Shown: positions 25,096 to 36,355, counted from the first letter of the stretch. The stretch is 64,000 bases of DNA from a virus (IMGVR_UViG_3300028228_000176:637-64636), one strand, 5' to 3'. Notes: generated from the sequence alone by a model not told the origin. Translations and numbers: made by a program.

Positions 25096-25218
25096 TATAA
25101 AATGAATAGCCCCAGACACAAGCGGTTTACACATTCGATTGTGAACCATTAAACTTAAACCAAGTGCTTGCTTGCGGTCTGTTCCGCTTGGGCTACTCAT
25201 CTTATACAATTGTTATGT
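25096..25218 (+). repeat. Degenerate attC-like hairpin
   Basis: tataaaatgaatagccc pairs with gggctactcatcttata; inner caagcgg/ccgcttg; ends in TATACnnnnGTTATGT. The left AAC box is eroded. Confidence 0.55.
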
Positions 25219-25262
25219 GGCATTTGTTTCAATCTTCCAATACATACTGCAATAATCAGAGA

Positions 25263-25298
25263 AGTTATTCCCTCAGTTATTCCCTCAGTTATTCCCTC
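25263..25298. repeat. 12-bp tandem repeat, 3 copies (AGTTATTCCCTC)
   Basis: Read directly from the sequence. Confidence 0.9.
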
Positions 25299-25320
25299 AT
25301 TGTATCGGAAATCCATTACG

Positions 25321-25581
25321 TTATATGTGGTTAAAAAAGTTATTTATAACTTCTTCTCGTTCTTCATCATTACAATTAACTGCTACACTTTCTTCATCAA
25401 AGTACTTCCACCACTTCTTTAACAGTTCACGTTGTTGGCTAACATCGGGTATAGTTAATAAATCTAATTCGTTTACATAATCAAGCAGTTTGTAATATTC
25501 ATTAAGTGCTAACGAGCGTTGGTAGGTGTTTAATTTTACACCCATCATTTGATGTTTTAAGTTTTCTATTTGTATTTTCAT
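25321..25581 (-). CDS. Hypothetical cassette-type protein that starts inside an attC-like site
   Basis: Stop codon lies in a GTTA box at 25320. The IPDVSQQRELL segment is read across GGCTAAC at 25437. Confidence 0.55.
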   Translation of the reverse strand: MKIQIENLKHQMMGVKLNTYQRSLALNEYYKLLDYVNELDLLTIPDVSQQRELLKKWWKYFDEESVAVNCNDEEREEVINNFFNHI

Positions 25582-25636
25582 TTTAATAATATTTTATCGT
25601 TATTAAATCTCACTAACCATATACTCAACGTTATGC
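25437..25636 (+). repeat. Long attC-like site (about 200 bp)
   Basis: GGCTAAC-atcg-GGTATAGTTA ... TAACCATATAC-tcaac-GTTATGC, the same architecture as the sites at 42-47 kb. Confidence 0.65.
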
Positions 25637-25862
25637 CTCATTATACTCATTCGGAAACCCATCTTCTAAAAGAATAGGCTTATTAGCGCACTCTTTCATT
25701 TTTTCTAACACCCAATATATACCTTCTATACTTTCAGCCCCTACGCTCACCCCATTTGCAGTGTAACCATTTGGTTTACCTTTTTATCATAGTAAACTTC
25801 GTGTATCTGAAAAACATTTCATCCCCATCTTTGTGCGCTAATACTCTGTGATTCCATTTCAT
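25631..25862 (-). CDS. Hypothetical cassette protein (MKWNHRVLAH...), one frameshift
   Basis: Translated by hand. The TAA stop lies in the GTTATGC core at 25630. Confidence 0.5.
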
Positions 25863-25906
25863 TTTCTATATATGTTTTTAAAACGTGTATACTTAATTCT
25901 TTATAT

Positions 25907-26019
25907 CTATACATAAGCAATAGGGCGGGCTGCAAATGAACTTGGATACCTCCCAAGAGCGATACTCGTTCGTCAACTTTCTCGGATTGCGTGTAACATT
26001 CCCTACCACTCGTGTATAG
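25907..26019 (+). repeat. Degenerate attC-like hairpin
   Basis: ctatacataagcaataggg / ccctaccactcgtgtatag imperfect inverted repeat; the core boxes are eroded. Confidence 0.5.
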
Positions 26020-26025
26020 CATAAC

Positions 26026-26962
26026 TTATTGATTAAAGATTATCCCTTTAAATATATGCTCAATTACATCTACTGTCCAGCCGTTTCCAAGCATTTTATA
26101 ACGTTGGCTATTGCTTACGTGGTTTGTGTAATTGTCTGGCACAGTTTGCAACCTCTCGCATTCAATAGGCGATAATTTTCTAAATCCATTTATAAAAACT
26201 GCGTAATTATCTTTTTGAACAGTTGTGATAGTGTTTGTTTTGCCATCGTATCTAATTTCTATTCTTTGTTTTGTTAAGCCTTTAGTTTTCATTTTTCCGT
26301 CTTGTCTTTTGCCAGCAACAATATAACGCCCACGCATTGCACCGCAAAAAACCAATTGCCTTCTACTTTTTTAAAGTATTGGTTAAGGTTTCCTCCTTTC
26401 GCATAATTAGCATCTATGCAATAAGACTTATTTCGGTCAACAATGCCGTTTTCAATAATATCTGCTAAATAAATTTCTTTATTTTTGGTGGTATTACGCT
26501 TGGTATGTTAGTCCAATAAAGCCTAACTCTATTTTGAGCAGAAACCAAAGAACTATTTATAATTACAGGTTCGCAACCTAAATAACTGCTAATAACATCT
26601 TGGTATTCCTTTTTCATTTTTACATTCTCCATAAGGAAATACTTTGGTTTCAATTCGTTTTTAAGCCTAACAAACTCAAAAAACAATTTACTTCTTTCAT
26701 CTTGGAAGTTCAGTTGTTTCCCTGCAAAACTAAACCCTTGACATGGGCTACCCCCAATTAGCAAATCAATTTCGTGGTTAAGCATTCCCTTGTTTACAAA
26801 CTCAACGCTTCCTAATTGTATAGTATTTGGATAGTTTTCCATAGTTACCTTTATTGCGTATTTATCTATCTCGCTTGCAAAATACTTATCTACTTTAATC
26901 CCTAATTTATCTAGGGCAATTTGTCCGCAACTCATTCCATCGAATAAACTTAATACATTCAT
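26026..26962 (-). CDS. C5-cytosine DNA methyltransferase (frameshifted; ORFs 26465-26962 and 26026-26355)
   Basis: Motifs LSLFDGMSCG, GGSPCQGFS, ENV, QNRVR and C-terminal YKMLGNGW. Confidence 0.85.
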
Positions 26963-27025
26963 AATTATTATTTTTTATAAGCATCCAGCCTTATAAGTGT
27001 ACAATATAAGATTACTGCCTTATTA

Positions 27026-27235
27026 TTAATCGCACTCGTCATCTATTAATACATAATTAACTTCGTACTTTGCTATTTTATATTTCTCCTTGTCATCAAA
27101 CATTCCATGGCAATTAGCTTTTCTGGCGCTATCGACGCTACTAAAATCGTATTCGTTATGGCAGGCTCTGCTGTAACTCCCTACGGCATCGTTTGTGCTT
27201 CTGTCTATTATTCTATAAACTTCTTTCTTACTCAT
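27026..27235 (-). CDS. Hypothetical protein
   Basis: 69-aa ORF with an AT-rich leader. Confidence 0.5.
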   Translation of the reverse strand: MSKKEVYRIIDRSTNDAVGSYSRACHNEYDFSSVDSARKANCHGMFDDKEKYKIAKYEVNYVLIDDECD

Positions 27236-27374
27236 AATTTAAATTTTTAAAATAACAGTGCTGGTTGCTGAGTTTTTAGCTATGTATAAGATAAGGCGGC
27301 ATCATGCTGATTCCCTATCGCGCTAGTACGAACACTGTTATTTATTTACATTAAAAATCAAATATAAGCATTAT

Positions 27375-30143
27375 TTATTTAACTTCACAAGAGCCACCTC
27401 CTCCACAAGCAATCTCTCCTGCTAAATTAGTATCGTCATCCACCTCTATTATGTTAATCAAATCAACATCAACTAAATGCTTCATTCTTTCGTGATAGTC
27501 AGCTTCCGAGATGTCCTCAAATGGGGCTTGGATATAAGTTCCTCCATCATAAGGAAGTACAGACAACCCATTGTAATGGTTTCTGTTAGCCCACATCCAC
27601 TCGCCTGCTCTATCCCATTCGTCTGCTTTCAAAGAAACAGTGGCTGAAACATTATGTGTATTAGAACCTTTCCTATGTCCTGGAACCACCCACTCTTGAG
27701 CAACTTTTTTAATTCTTTCTAACAAATCAAAAGGAGACTCATCTCTCAAGATAGAACCTTTAGGCGCTTTTTGAGGTATACTAATTACAGCCGTATCGTG
27801 TGGTCTGAAATATTCGTCTTCGACTAACTCTGGATGATTTTTACTCAAGTACTGGTACATTGATTCATTCTTCCCTACACGTATTCTACGGATGTAATAA
27901 TCGTTATGCCAAGCGTGAATACCAGAAGAAGTTCCAAGAGCAAGAGAGGTCGTCCCAGCAGGCTTTACTGTTGTTGTTCTAGCCGCTGCATTAATGCCGA
28001 TTAATTTTGCAACTCTAGAGTTCTCTTTGTTCACAACCTCGGCTGCTTCTGTCATATCGTAATTAAGGACTGCTCCAGAACCAATCCCAGTCATTGATAC
28101 ACCAATTAAAGCGTCTTTCTCAGTAGTTTCTCTCCATATGCTTCTTAGGTAATGGAACTCTGTATATCCCGCTTGTAATGTACCTATGAATGCAGCGTGT
28201 TTAACTCTGTTATTTAGGTCTTCTTGAGACTCAATGTTAGATGCGTTTACTTCGCATAGGTTACAAAACTGAAAAGGTCTTAAAGCAATTTCGCAGTTAT
28301 GAACAAGAACTCCGCTAGAGTTAAGATAGTTGTCGTCGTCTGTCTTAGTTAGTATATAAAAGTTTTCGTTATCTTCAACGGTGAGGTCATAAACATCTTC
28401 TTTTTCTCCAGTGTAAACTAATTCCGTAACATAAACAGCTTCTGATAAATCAACGTTTATATCTTCTTTAGCATACGAGTCGTATTCTTCTTTGTGTTTG
28501 CGGTTCCAATCAATTAGAGTTTTTTCTATTTTGTCGGTACTCCAACCCCATCTTTTCCCGTTTGCCGCTATACTATTCCTAGACCCTATCAATTGACGGT
28601 GTCTCTTGTTTAGTTTGTGAACTGGATTTCCCATCCCATTCATATTCAATGCCCTCTTTTTTAAGTTGTCCTTCGCTAGTATCAACTCAAGATTTTCTAG
28701 TTTATCATTTGTTGAGTCTTCGTCAATATGGTCTATGTTTCTGCTGTTGTTATAACTTCCATTGTGAAACTCCCACATCATTCTATACTGCTTAGAATAG
28801 CCATTGGATTTAGAGTTTATATGTCGGTATGACTTTTTATTATTCTTGTTGCTAAAAGAAAAGAATTTCTCCAGCTCCAATCCTACAGAATCTTTTGCTT
28901 CAACCCAACCTCCTGAAGGTAATGCTAACCTATGGTCGTCAGTACACTTAAACTTTGATCCATCCGAAAGACAAACCTCAACAGTTTCTTTGTAACCATT
29001 GTGATAAGCAACCGCTTGTTTTATCTCTGACTTCCAACCTTGGAATTTATTGTCATAAACAAATATTTTATTCGTATATTTTTCTCTTGCTGAATAAACA
29101 GGAAACGACTCCTTCCCTTGAGACTCTTCCGCCAACTGAGCTATTGTAACTCCGTTTCTTCCATCAGCAGTAGCGACTATTGTATCTCCTGAAAAACAAC
29201 AAGGATTTGTTCCCCAATCTTTGTCGTTGTTAAAATAAATTCCTGGCTCCCCAGCATTGCTAAGTTCAACACGTTTCCATAAATTCATAAAGAACTCTTC
29301 AGTAACTTTGTGTCTCATTAATACAGCAGAGTTGTTTGCTCTACCTCTTTGCGGATTTGATTCCCACCAACTGCCAGACTTACAACTAATCATATCATCA
29401 TCATCAGCAGAAAACAAAGCAATTAATGCAGCTCTTCTTATGCCTCCAGCTAAGACTGCATCGGCAATATGACAAACAATATCGTGAGTTTCTACGGTAG
29501 TTAAATTCTCTCCATCTTTTTTAGAGTCAAGAACTGCTGTGATATTGAACACGCATTCTTTTAATGGCTGAGGGCCTGGAGCTTTGCCGCCTGACGTAAC
29601 TAGCTGTGCACCCTTTGGTCTAATGTCTGAGTAATCAAAGTCAACTTTAGAGTTTCTTTTGTCACCCATATAAGACTTCATTAATACTTTTATGGCATCG
29701 GCCCAGCCTTCAATTGAATCTCCAATTAAAAACCTTTTAGTTCTTTTAGAATGAGGTTTGCTTATAGAAGGTAGTTGGCTAACGTGATGATTTTGCACTG
29801 AGTACCCTACTCCAGTTCCACCAAGAAGTAGAAACATAATCTCATTGAAGGAATCGACACTATCAATAGGTAGGTATGCGCAATTATAAACTCTGTTAGG
29901 AGATATCTCTATCGACTTACCTCCAAATTGTAACGACCTCATTGAAGGTAGAATTTTTTTGTCGTATACTAACTCGTAAGCTTCGTCAATTTGTTTTTCT
30001 AATTTTGGGTACTTCTTAACGTGCATTGCTTTGTTGCGGTCAACAAGTTCTGACCACGTTTCTCTTCTGTTTAACTCTGGCACAAATTTAGCATATTTCA
30101 TGTATACTGTAATATCTGACAGGATTTTATTTGATTTCTCCAT
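27375..30143 (-). CDS. nrdJ: Class II (adenosylcobalamin-dependent) ribonucleotide reductase containing an intein
   Basis: Motifs PSMRSLQFGG, NPC/CEI, TTVKPAGT and C-terminal ACGGGGSCE. No beta subunit gene is present. Confidence 0.85.
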   Translation of the reverse strand: MEKSNKILSDITVYMKYAKFVPELNRRETWSELVDRNKAMHVKKYPKLEKQIDEAYELVYDKKILPSMRSLQFGGKSIEISPNRVYNCAYLPIDSVDSFNEIMFLLLGGTGVGYSVQNHHVSQLPSISKPHSKRTKRFLIGDSIEGWADAIKVLMKSYMGDKRNSKVDFDYSDIRPKGAQLVTSGGKAPGPQPLKECVFNITAVLDSKKDGENLTTVETHDIVCHIADAVLAGGIRRAALIALFSADDDDMISCKSGSWWESNPQRGRANNSAVLMRHKVTEEFFMNLWKRVELSNAGEPGIYFNNDKDWGTNPCCFSGDTIVATADGRNGVTIAQLAEESQGKESFPVYSAREKYTNKIFVYDNKFQGWKSEIKQAVAYHNGYKETVEVCLSDGSKFKCTDDHRLALPSGGWVEAKDSVGLELEKFFSFSNKNNKKSYRHINSKSNGYSKQYRMMWEFHNGSYNNSRNIDHIDEDSTNDKLENLELILAKDNLKKRALNMNGMGNPVHKLNKRHRQLIGSRNSIAANGKRWGWSTDKIEKTLIDWNRKHKEEYDSYAKEDINVDLSEAVYVTELVYTGEKEDVYDLTVEDNENFYILTKTDDDNYLNSSGVLVHNCEIALRPFQFCNLCEVNASNIESQEDLNNRVKHAAFIGTLQAGYTEFHYLRSIWRETTEKDALIGVSMTGIGSGAVLNYDMTEAAEVVNKENSRVAKLIGINAAARTTTVKPAGTTSLALGTSSGIHAWHNDYYIRRIRVGKNESMYQYLSKNHPELVEDEYFRPHDTAVISIPQKAPKGSILRDESPFDLLERIKKVAQEWVVPGHRKGSNTHNVSATVSLKADEWDRAGEWMWANRNHYNGLSVLPYDGGTYIQAPFEDISEADYHERMKHLVDVDLINIIEVDDDTNLAGEIACGGGGSCEVK
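28296..29198 (-). mobile_element. Intein (301 aa) with an HNH homing endonuclease
   Basis: Begins CFSGDT after GTNPC, has CTDDHR (block B) and IDHIDEDSTNDKLENL (HNH), and ends VYDLTVED...VLVHN before Cys. Confidence 0.9.
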
Positions 30144-30281
30144 TATGTTCTTTGTGTTATCTCTTTAGTTATTTCTTTAATATTATCTTTAATCTCTTTT
30201 CTAAAAGTAAGGAATGTGATTAGTAAACCTACAATAGCTATTAGTGATGTACTAGCTATCAATATAAGTAAGTCGTACATT

Positions 30282-30749
30282 TTATTTTATAACAAATTCG
30301 TGACCTATTAAATTAACTAATTCTTTGTGCGTGTATGTTGGTGTATTTATAACCCAATCCCCGTTATCAAATAGAAATTTTAGGGATAAACTTTCCAAAC
30401 TATAAGAAGCACCTTTAAGAACTCCTCCGATATAAAAATAATTATTAAAATCAAACCCTCTTCTTTTTGCTTCCTTAACTAGGGCTTCTTTTACTTCCGA
30501 TGTAGTTGCTAATTCCCAATCAAACCATGGTTTACTTATTCTTATTGTTTTGCAATCCCCATTGTAAAATCCTCGGCATAATCCGTAACCTGCACCCAAG
30601 CCATTTTTTAAAACATCTTTAATATACCACAGAGTATCTATTTCATTACATTTATACCAAGAATTAACTATTATCTCAGCTTTTACATTTGCTAAACGTT
30701 TCTGCCATTTATCTATTTCACTTTCGCATTCTGATTTTAAATATTTCAT
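30282..30749 (-). CDS. Hypothetical protein
   Basis: 155-aa ORF in the - operon. Confidence 0.55.
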   Translation of the reverse strand: MKYLKSECESEIDKWQKRLANVKAEIIVNSWYKCNEIDTLWYIKDVLKNGLGAGYGLCRGFYNGDCKTIRISKPWFDWELATTSEVKEALVKEAKRRGFDFNNYFYIGGVLKGASYSLESLSLKFLFDNGDWVINTPTYTHKELVNLIGHEFVIK

Positions 30750-30750
30750 T

Positions 30751-30999
30751 TTATTTAGTATTATCGTTATCAGTCTCCCAAGACTTATCTTTACTTTCTT
30801 TTTGTTCTTCTTTTTCTAAGTTCGCTTTAAGCTTCTCTAGTGCTAAATCATATCCTGGCATTAGCTTAATTGTTTCAAAGGTTCCAATTGACAAGTCCTT
30901 CATATTGCCAATCTCATCCATCAATCCTTGTATAACATTAACTAATGCTTTAATCTTTTTCTCTACGAGGTCTACCCTACTTGCTTTTTGTGATTTCAT
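30751..30999 (-). CDS. Hypothetical protein
   Basis: 82-aa ORF in the - operon. Confidence 0.55.
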   Translation of the reverse strand: MKSQKASRVDLVEKKIKALVNVIQGLMDEIGNMKDLSIGTFETIKLMPGYDLALEKLKANLEKEEQKESKDKSWETDNDNTK

Positions 31000-31281
31000 A
31001 TTTTTTATTTATTAGTGTAAATTGATAATCCTATTTCTATAAATGGTATATATAGAACGTGCATTAAGTGACTGTCTTGGTCGTAAGTTCTAAACCCTAG
31101 AAGTATTCCAGGATACAATCCCAACTCCAAAGTCCAAGTTTTTTATTTTTTTCATAATCTTTGTTTATTAAATTAAATTCTTTTTGTTTTGTCAGTATAT
31201 CTTTAAATAAGACTTGTCCAGTATTAGTGATACTCCATTTAACCCACTTGTCAAACTGCCTCTCACCGTATCTCTTTCTTG

Positions 31282-31773
31282 CTACATCTTTCTGGAATCG
31301 AGTATCAACTCTATTGTCTGGTCGCATTGTTTTTGATTTTCTAAAATTAGCTGAACTGTCTCATCACACTCGGCTCTATTTTGTGGTTTATATAATGTTA
31401 TAGATGGTTCTGTCATTGATAACAACGCCTTAAACAACTTGTATCTCAAAGGAAAAGAATCGTTAGCTCTACCTTTTGTTTCAATAATGAAATCAGAACC
31501 TTCAAAGTCAGGCGTATATTTTATACCTAAAACTTTCTTGTTGCCTCTATCTTTGTAATCTCCTTTGCCGTTGGCTTGTCTTTCGTAGGACGCTTGATTG
31601 AACTCGAACGAAGGTAGTAACTGAAAAGTTCTAAACTCATATCCAAACTCTATGTCTGCTTTCTGAAGTGCAATATACATATATTTTTCCAAACCAGATG
31701 CAAAATTAACACCATCGTATGTAACTTTTTTAGATTGCACTGGGCCTTTTTTTCTCTTAAATGTTTTCTTCAT
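31282..31773 (-). CDS. T7 endonuclease I-like PD-(D/E)xK nuclease (putative Holliday junction resolvase)
   Basis: Motifs ASGLEK, KYTPDF and IIETKG. Confidence 0.7.
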   Translation of the reverse strand: MKKTFKRKKGPVQSKKVTYDGVNFASGLEKYMYIALQKADIEFGYEFRTFQLLPSFEFNQASYERQANGKGDYKDRGNKKVLGIKYTPDFEGSDFIIETKGRANDSFPLRYKLFKALLSMTEPSITLYKPQNRAECDETVQLILENQKQCDQTIELILDSRKM

Positions 31774-32014
31774 TTTATTTATTAAGGGGTTCTATTATAC
31801 TCACTTGTTTTTGTAATTAGATACATAATTATTTATATTTTACAACTACGTTTTTTAATTTTAAATCTTTTTCCAAAGTGTACAACAAGCTATCTAAGGT
31901 GTAGAATATGTCAACAAGCTCTCCATTAAGGAGGTATTCTATTGAATCTAATCTGCCATCCCAAGCGTAGTTGTGTGTTACTTCTACTATATTCTCTTCT
32001 ATTGTTTCCATAAT

Positions 32015-33201
32015 TTAAAAAAAATGAGTTAATCTCGCTACTTGACCTTCTGTTTTGCTATGTATAAATCCCTCAACAGCCGCCTTGTTTACATAGCCGT
32101 TTCGGTGATGCCAAGAATCTGCTGGACTAGGGCTTCTTAGGCTCTCGACTGTCACAGAAATGTAATCTTTTGCAGTCTTATGATGAACGTGGTGAGTATA
32201 GAAATACCTATGCTCCGATGTAGCCCAATACTCTTTTGCTTCAATAGACATTAGCTGCCCTAAATCAACTTGCTTTGCTCCATCTCCATGAGTTGTTCCG
32301 ATTATAGAGTTTCCGTACACAGAGTACTTACGGTGAGCAATGCTAGTGTTAAACGTAATGTTTTTAGACAATCTAAAATGGGTTTTAACAACGTCAGCTA
32401 ACATAAAACCAGTCATGTAGTCGTGATTAGAAGGGTTAAAAACAAATTCAACATCCGCAATACTTATCAACATTTCCAATATATCTACATAAAGCTTTTT
32501 AGCAGTTAGAAAGTTTTCGTACCACATACCGTCAGTGTCTTGTGGAGTTCCAGAGGTTGTTTTTCTGGAAGGCACGTCTGTGTGAAGTATGTCGTTACCG
32601 CCAATGAATATAATTTTATCAATATTAAACCCACTTGCTTTGTTAAGTATTCCTTGAACACCTTCTTTAACACGCATAACTGCTATTTGGGAATCGTAAT
32701 CAACCCCAGTTTCAAATGATGTACAAAGTTTACCAATATGGATATCTGCTGGGTCTAAAACCAAGCAATACCCATCTGACAATGTACTTCTTGTTAGCTT
32801 TGGATAGCTTGGAGAATACGCTTTCAAGTCTTGAACTATATTGTCTTTAAACTTCTCGTACATATCGAAGTCGTTGACTTTTTTCTTAGCGTATTGAACC
32901 CACTGCTGACCAGTTGTTTTAGAAGTTGAAACTTTAATTATCTCAAAATCTTCAGGGACTTCTATTGGTTCAGATTGTAACTTCTCAATAGTAGAAATAA
33001 CGTCACCTGCTTTGTCGTACTTTTTTGTATCTCAACAAACTTTCTTTCTTTTGATTCGCTCCGACTTACTTGTATGTTATCCCAATCTTTGTGAGTAACT
33101 GAGTACCTAGCTTTTCTTCTAAATTTCTCGGGAGCCTTTAAATCAAAACCCAATATTAAAGCTTCGTCCTCAGACAAATATCTTGTTTTAGTATTTTTCA
33201 T
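32015..33201 (-). CDS. Calcineurin-like metallophosphoesterase (N-terminus frameshifted, includes 32962-33201)
   Basis: Motifs DIHIG, GNDILH, SNHD, HGD and HHVHH. Confidence 0.75.
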
Positions 33202-33202
33202 T

Positions 33203-33562
33203 TTATTTATTATTAGTTTCTAAATGAACTTGAAGCGCAGCTAATGCCCTCCAAGCTACTTTTGCTAAATGCAATTCATCGTCTTCGTCATAATAGGATA
33301 CCGAGTGGTCTATAAGATGCCTTGATAGAGCGTCCAGGTGGTCGTTTGATTTGTCTCTATCCCAATGCATCTCTTTGTCTGGGTGATGCTGCTGAGTCGC
33401 TTTATACGACACCTTAGATACTTCCTTTATTGCGTCAGGGAAGAAAGATAATACTCCTTTAAATACTGGTGTTTGTTTTCTTGTCGATAAGAAAGATTCT
33501 ATAGGTGTAAAAGGGTATTCTCTTAAATAATCATCGTACTCTTCTTTTCTTGTTCTGCACAT
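33203..33562 (-). CDS. dATP/dGTP diphosphohydrolase-domain (DUF5664-like) protein
   Basis: DALSRHL...HLAKVAWRALA pattern. Confidence 0.6.
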   Translation of the reverse strand: MCRTRKEEYDDYLREYPFTPIESFLSTRKQTPVFKGVLSFFPDAIKEVSKVSYKATQQHHPDKEMHWDRDKSNDHLDALSRHLIDHSVSYYDEDDELHLAKVAWRALAALQVHLETNNK

Positions 33563-33590
33563 TTTATTTAGTTTTTGTAAATATAAGTAT

Positions 33591-34089
33591 TTAAACGGAT
33601 GTGTTTTTTCTAACTAAATTTATCATCTGTTCAGCATCAGATTTTTCTTTTATAGCCATGCTTCCAAAATCAAAAATCTCAATACACCAATCATCGGCAT
33701 CGTTATTTTCGCCACTAATAAAACAAATATCTCCAATATCTAATGTGTAGTAATACCAATCTTTATCGCATCCTGAGCTTTCTGCTGTTTCTTGTTGTTT
33801 CTTGAATTTTAAATCTACTAAGTCTTGTTCTTTCATAATTTTATTTTTTATCGTAATAATATCGGTAATACTCGTGTAACTTTTGCCAAACAATATTCTT
33901 TGGATATATGTGAGGCGACCTATGTACGTTACCATTTATGTCAATTTCTAACCACCACTGTCCAACTGACTTAGCTACTGGATAAACAGTTATGCTGTTC
34001 TTCAAGCACCAAGCGGAAGCTAAGTAATCTTTAGGGGTAACGTAATACACTCCCATATCCCAAGGGTCTTTGCTTTTAATGTTAGGCAA
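33591..34089 (-). CDS. Two small hypothetical proteins (33591 to about 33836, and 33841-34089)
   Basis: Tandem - ORFs. Confidence 0.45.
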
Positions 34090-34304
34090 ACTAAGCGTCT
34101 ATCATTTTAATTAAAATTTCATTAACGGAAGCTCTGTACTCTTTCAGAACTTCGTTTCGACCCCACCCAGTTTTTTGTTGAAGTTTTTTCTCAAACAATT
34201 TATCTATTTTTTAAGCATTTTAACTTTTTTACTATTTCCCATAATATTTATTATTTATTAATTATTTAAAGTGGTGTAATTCGACCACTTTGGATTTGTA
34301 TTTA

Positions 34305-36022
34305 TTATTCCCAAGGCATTTTTTCATCCTTCATTGTGTCTGCAACGTGAGGTATATAACAACCAGAGTTTGGCTCCCAAGTAAAGTGAGATTCAGCCCC
34401 ATTGTCTCCAAGGTTTTGGAACTTAACCTTCAGTACTTTAACCTTTACAGTTCTTTCCTCGTAGTTTCTATGAACCAGCAAGCCATGATAACTTGCATCG
34501 TACCATTCTCCACCACCTTTAATGTTATACATTGTAGGTTCCTCTGTCTTTCCGCTATTGTCTTTATACATCTTAGTTGGATGCGCCACAATAAAAACAA
34601 GGACATCGTACTTCTTAGCAAACACCTCTATCTTCATAAGGTACTCCATTGTATACCTATTTACATCGTCACTATTGCAGTCTACATCTCTAACTTTATT
34701 AAATGGGTCAATTACTAAACACTTAATACCTTTTCGTTTCACTAATTCTGCACCTTTACGAAGAACCGATTCAAGTGTGTAGCGCTCCATATCTATGTGG
34801 TAGTAATTGCTATTGCAATGTTCCGCTATGGTGTTCCACTTTTCTCCGCCAATATCCTCCTTGGATGGCATACCCTCCCAAGTCTTACGCATTAGCTTAT
34901 GTGCATGCAGATAAGTTGGTGCATTCTCAGGCGAAGAAAATGCTGTTTTCCAACCATAGTTTTTATTGTATCCAACAACCATTTGGTCAACAAAATCCGA
35001 CTTGCCACTTGAAGGGATGCCAGTAACAGTAATAAACTGACCAGTATAAGTTGAGAATATGTTGTCAAAGTTATCAAGACCAATCTGAAATCCCTTTTTA
35101 AAACCATTGCGAACGAAATCTGTAATGTCGTCTTCAATATCTCTAAATGTAACAACATTTTCGAGTGGTACGGGTTTTGCGTTTTTAATTCTTGATGCAA
35201 GTTTTTCTTTGCCATGCTTTATTAGATATTCATTAGCATCTTTGCAGTCCTCGAATGTAGCTAAAAAGCAAACCTCTGAACCAAGCCTTCTAATCAACTC
35301 CGCTTGCAACGCTTGCCCTGCATCGTCAGAGTCAACTGCTAAAATTATTTTTTCTTTGTCCTCGAAATAGTCAATGCAATTATCTAAGTAATCCAGATTG
35401 TTGCTATTAAGAGTTGCTCCATTAGGTACAGAAACAACGTTCTTAACACCTGCTTCGTGAAATGCTAAGACATCCATCTCTCCTTCAACAATAATGCAGT
35501 GGTCGTATCCTACTGTGCTATTTATGTTGTAAAACACTTTTTCAGCACCCTTGAATAACTTAAAATTCTTTCGTCCATCACGATACTTTACATTGACAAG
35601 AGTGTCACCCATAAAGTAATTAAATTGTATTGTATTTTCTTCTTTGCGTGTTTGAGGCATCCACTCAACGCCCTCAGATATTCTCATATCCGTCAAGGTA
35701 TCTTTAGATATACCCCTGGTCATAAACCAATCCTCTACTTTAGTATTGTTTACCACTACAACTTCTTGCAATTCAGGTCTAACGTAAACCTTCTCCGAAT
35801 TACCTTTTCTTTTGTATGTATGCAACTGAAAACTATTGCTACAGTTGTGACAAGTGCCTATCCCTCGCTCCCAATCATAAGAAGCGCAGTTGGTTTTTTA
35901 TTCTCTTGTTTCCTATCGGAAGAACACAAGGGACAAGTCCCCTGCGTTTTACCTTCTGATAGGCCATATTGATTAAACTCATCTATTAAGAATCCGTTTA
36001 TTTCTGATTTCTCTACGTTCAT
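34305..36022 (-). CDS. Bifunctional primase-helicase (T7 gp4/Twinkle-like); the zinc-binding N-terminus is frameshifted
   Basis: CPLCS zinc finger upstream; TOPRIM motifs VEGEMD and DSDDAG; Walker A GIPSSGKS; IDP and VAHP. Confidence 0.9.
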
Positions 36023-36044
36023 AGGTTATGTGTTTGCGTGTTAC

Positions 36045-36355
36045 TTAAAAAGGGAGGTCATCGGCAGGCTGTTTCTGCTTATTTGGGGCTTGCTGTTGCT
36101 GACCATCTTTTGGTGCTGCTGCTACATTGTCCCCATTAGTCCATACAACCTTTATATTACCTAAGTAAACCTTCGTTGCTTTGCTATCTCTCTCTTCTTT
36201 TGATTGAGTTAACGTCACTGGGCCTTGATTCCCGAACTGGTCTGTCTCGTCGTTAATCACGATTGTAATAGGTAGGTACTTACCTTTTTACCTTGAATAA
36301 TTTTTGTCTTATCAATACTGTCAAGATTGATACTTGTGTTAATAATTGATGCCAT
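36045..36355 (-). CDS. Putative single-stranded DNA-binding protein (frameshifted)
   Basis: Acidic DDLPF C-terminus; adjacent to recombination genes. Confidence 0.55.
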
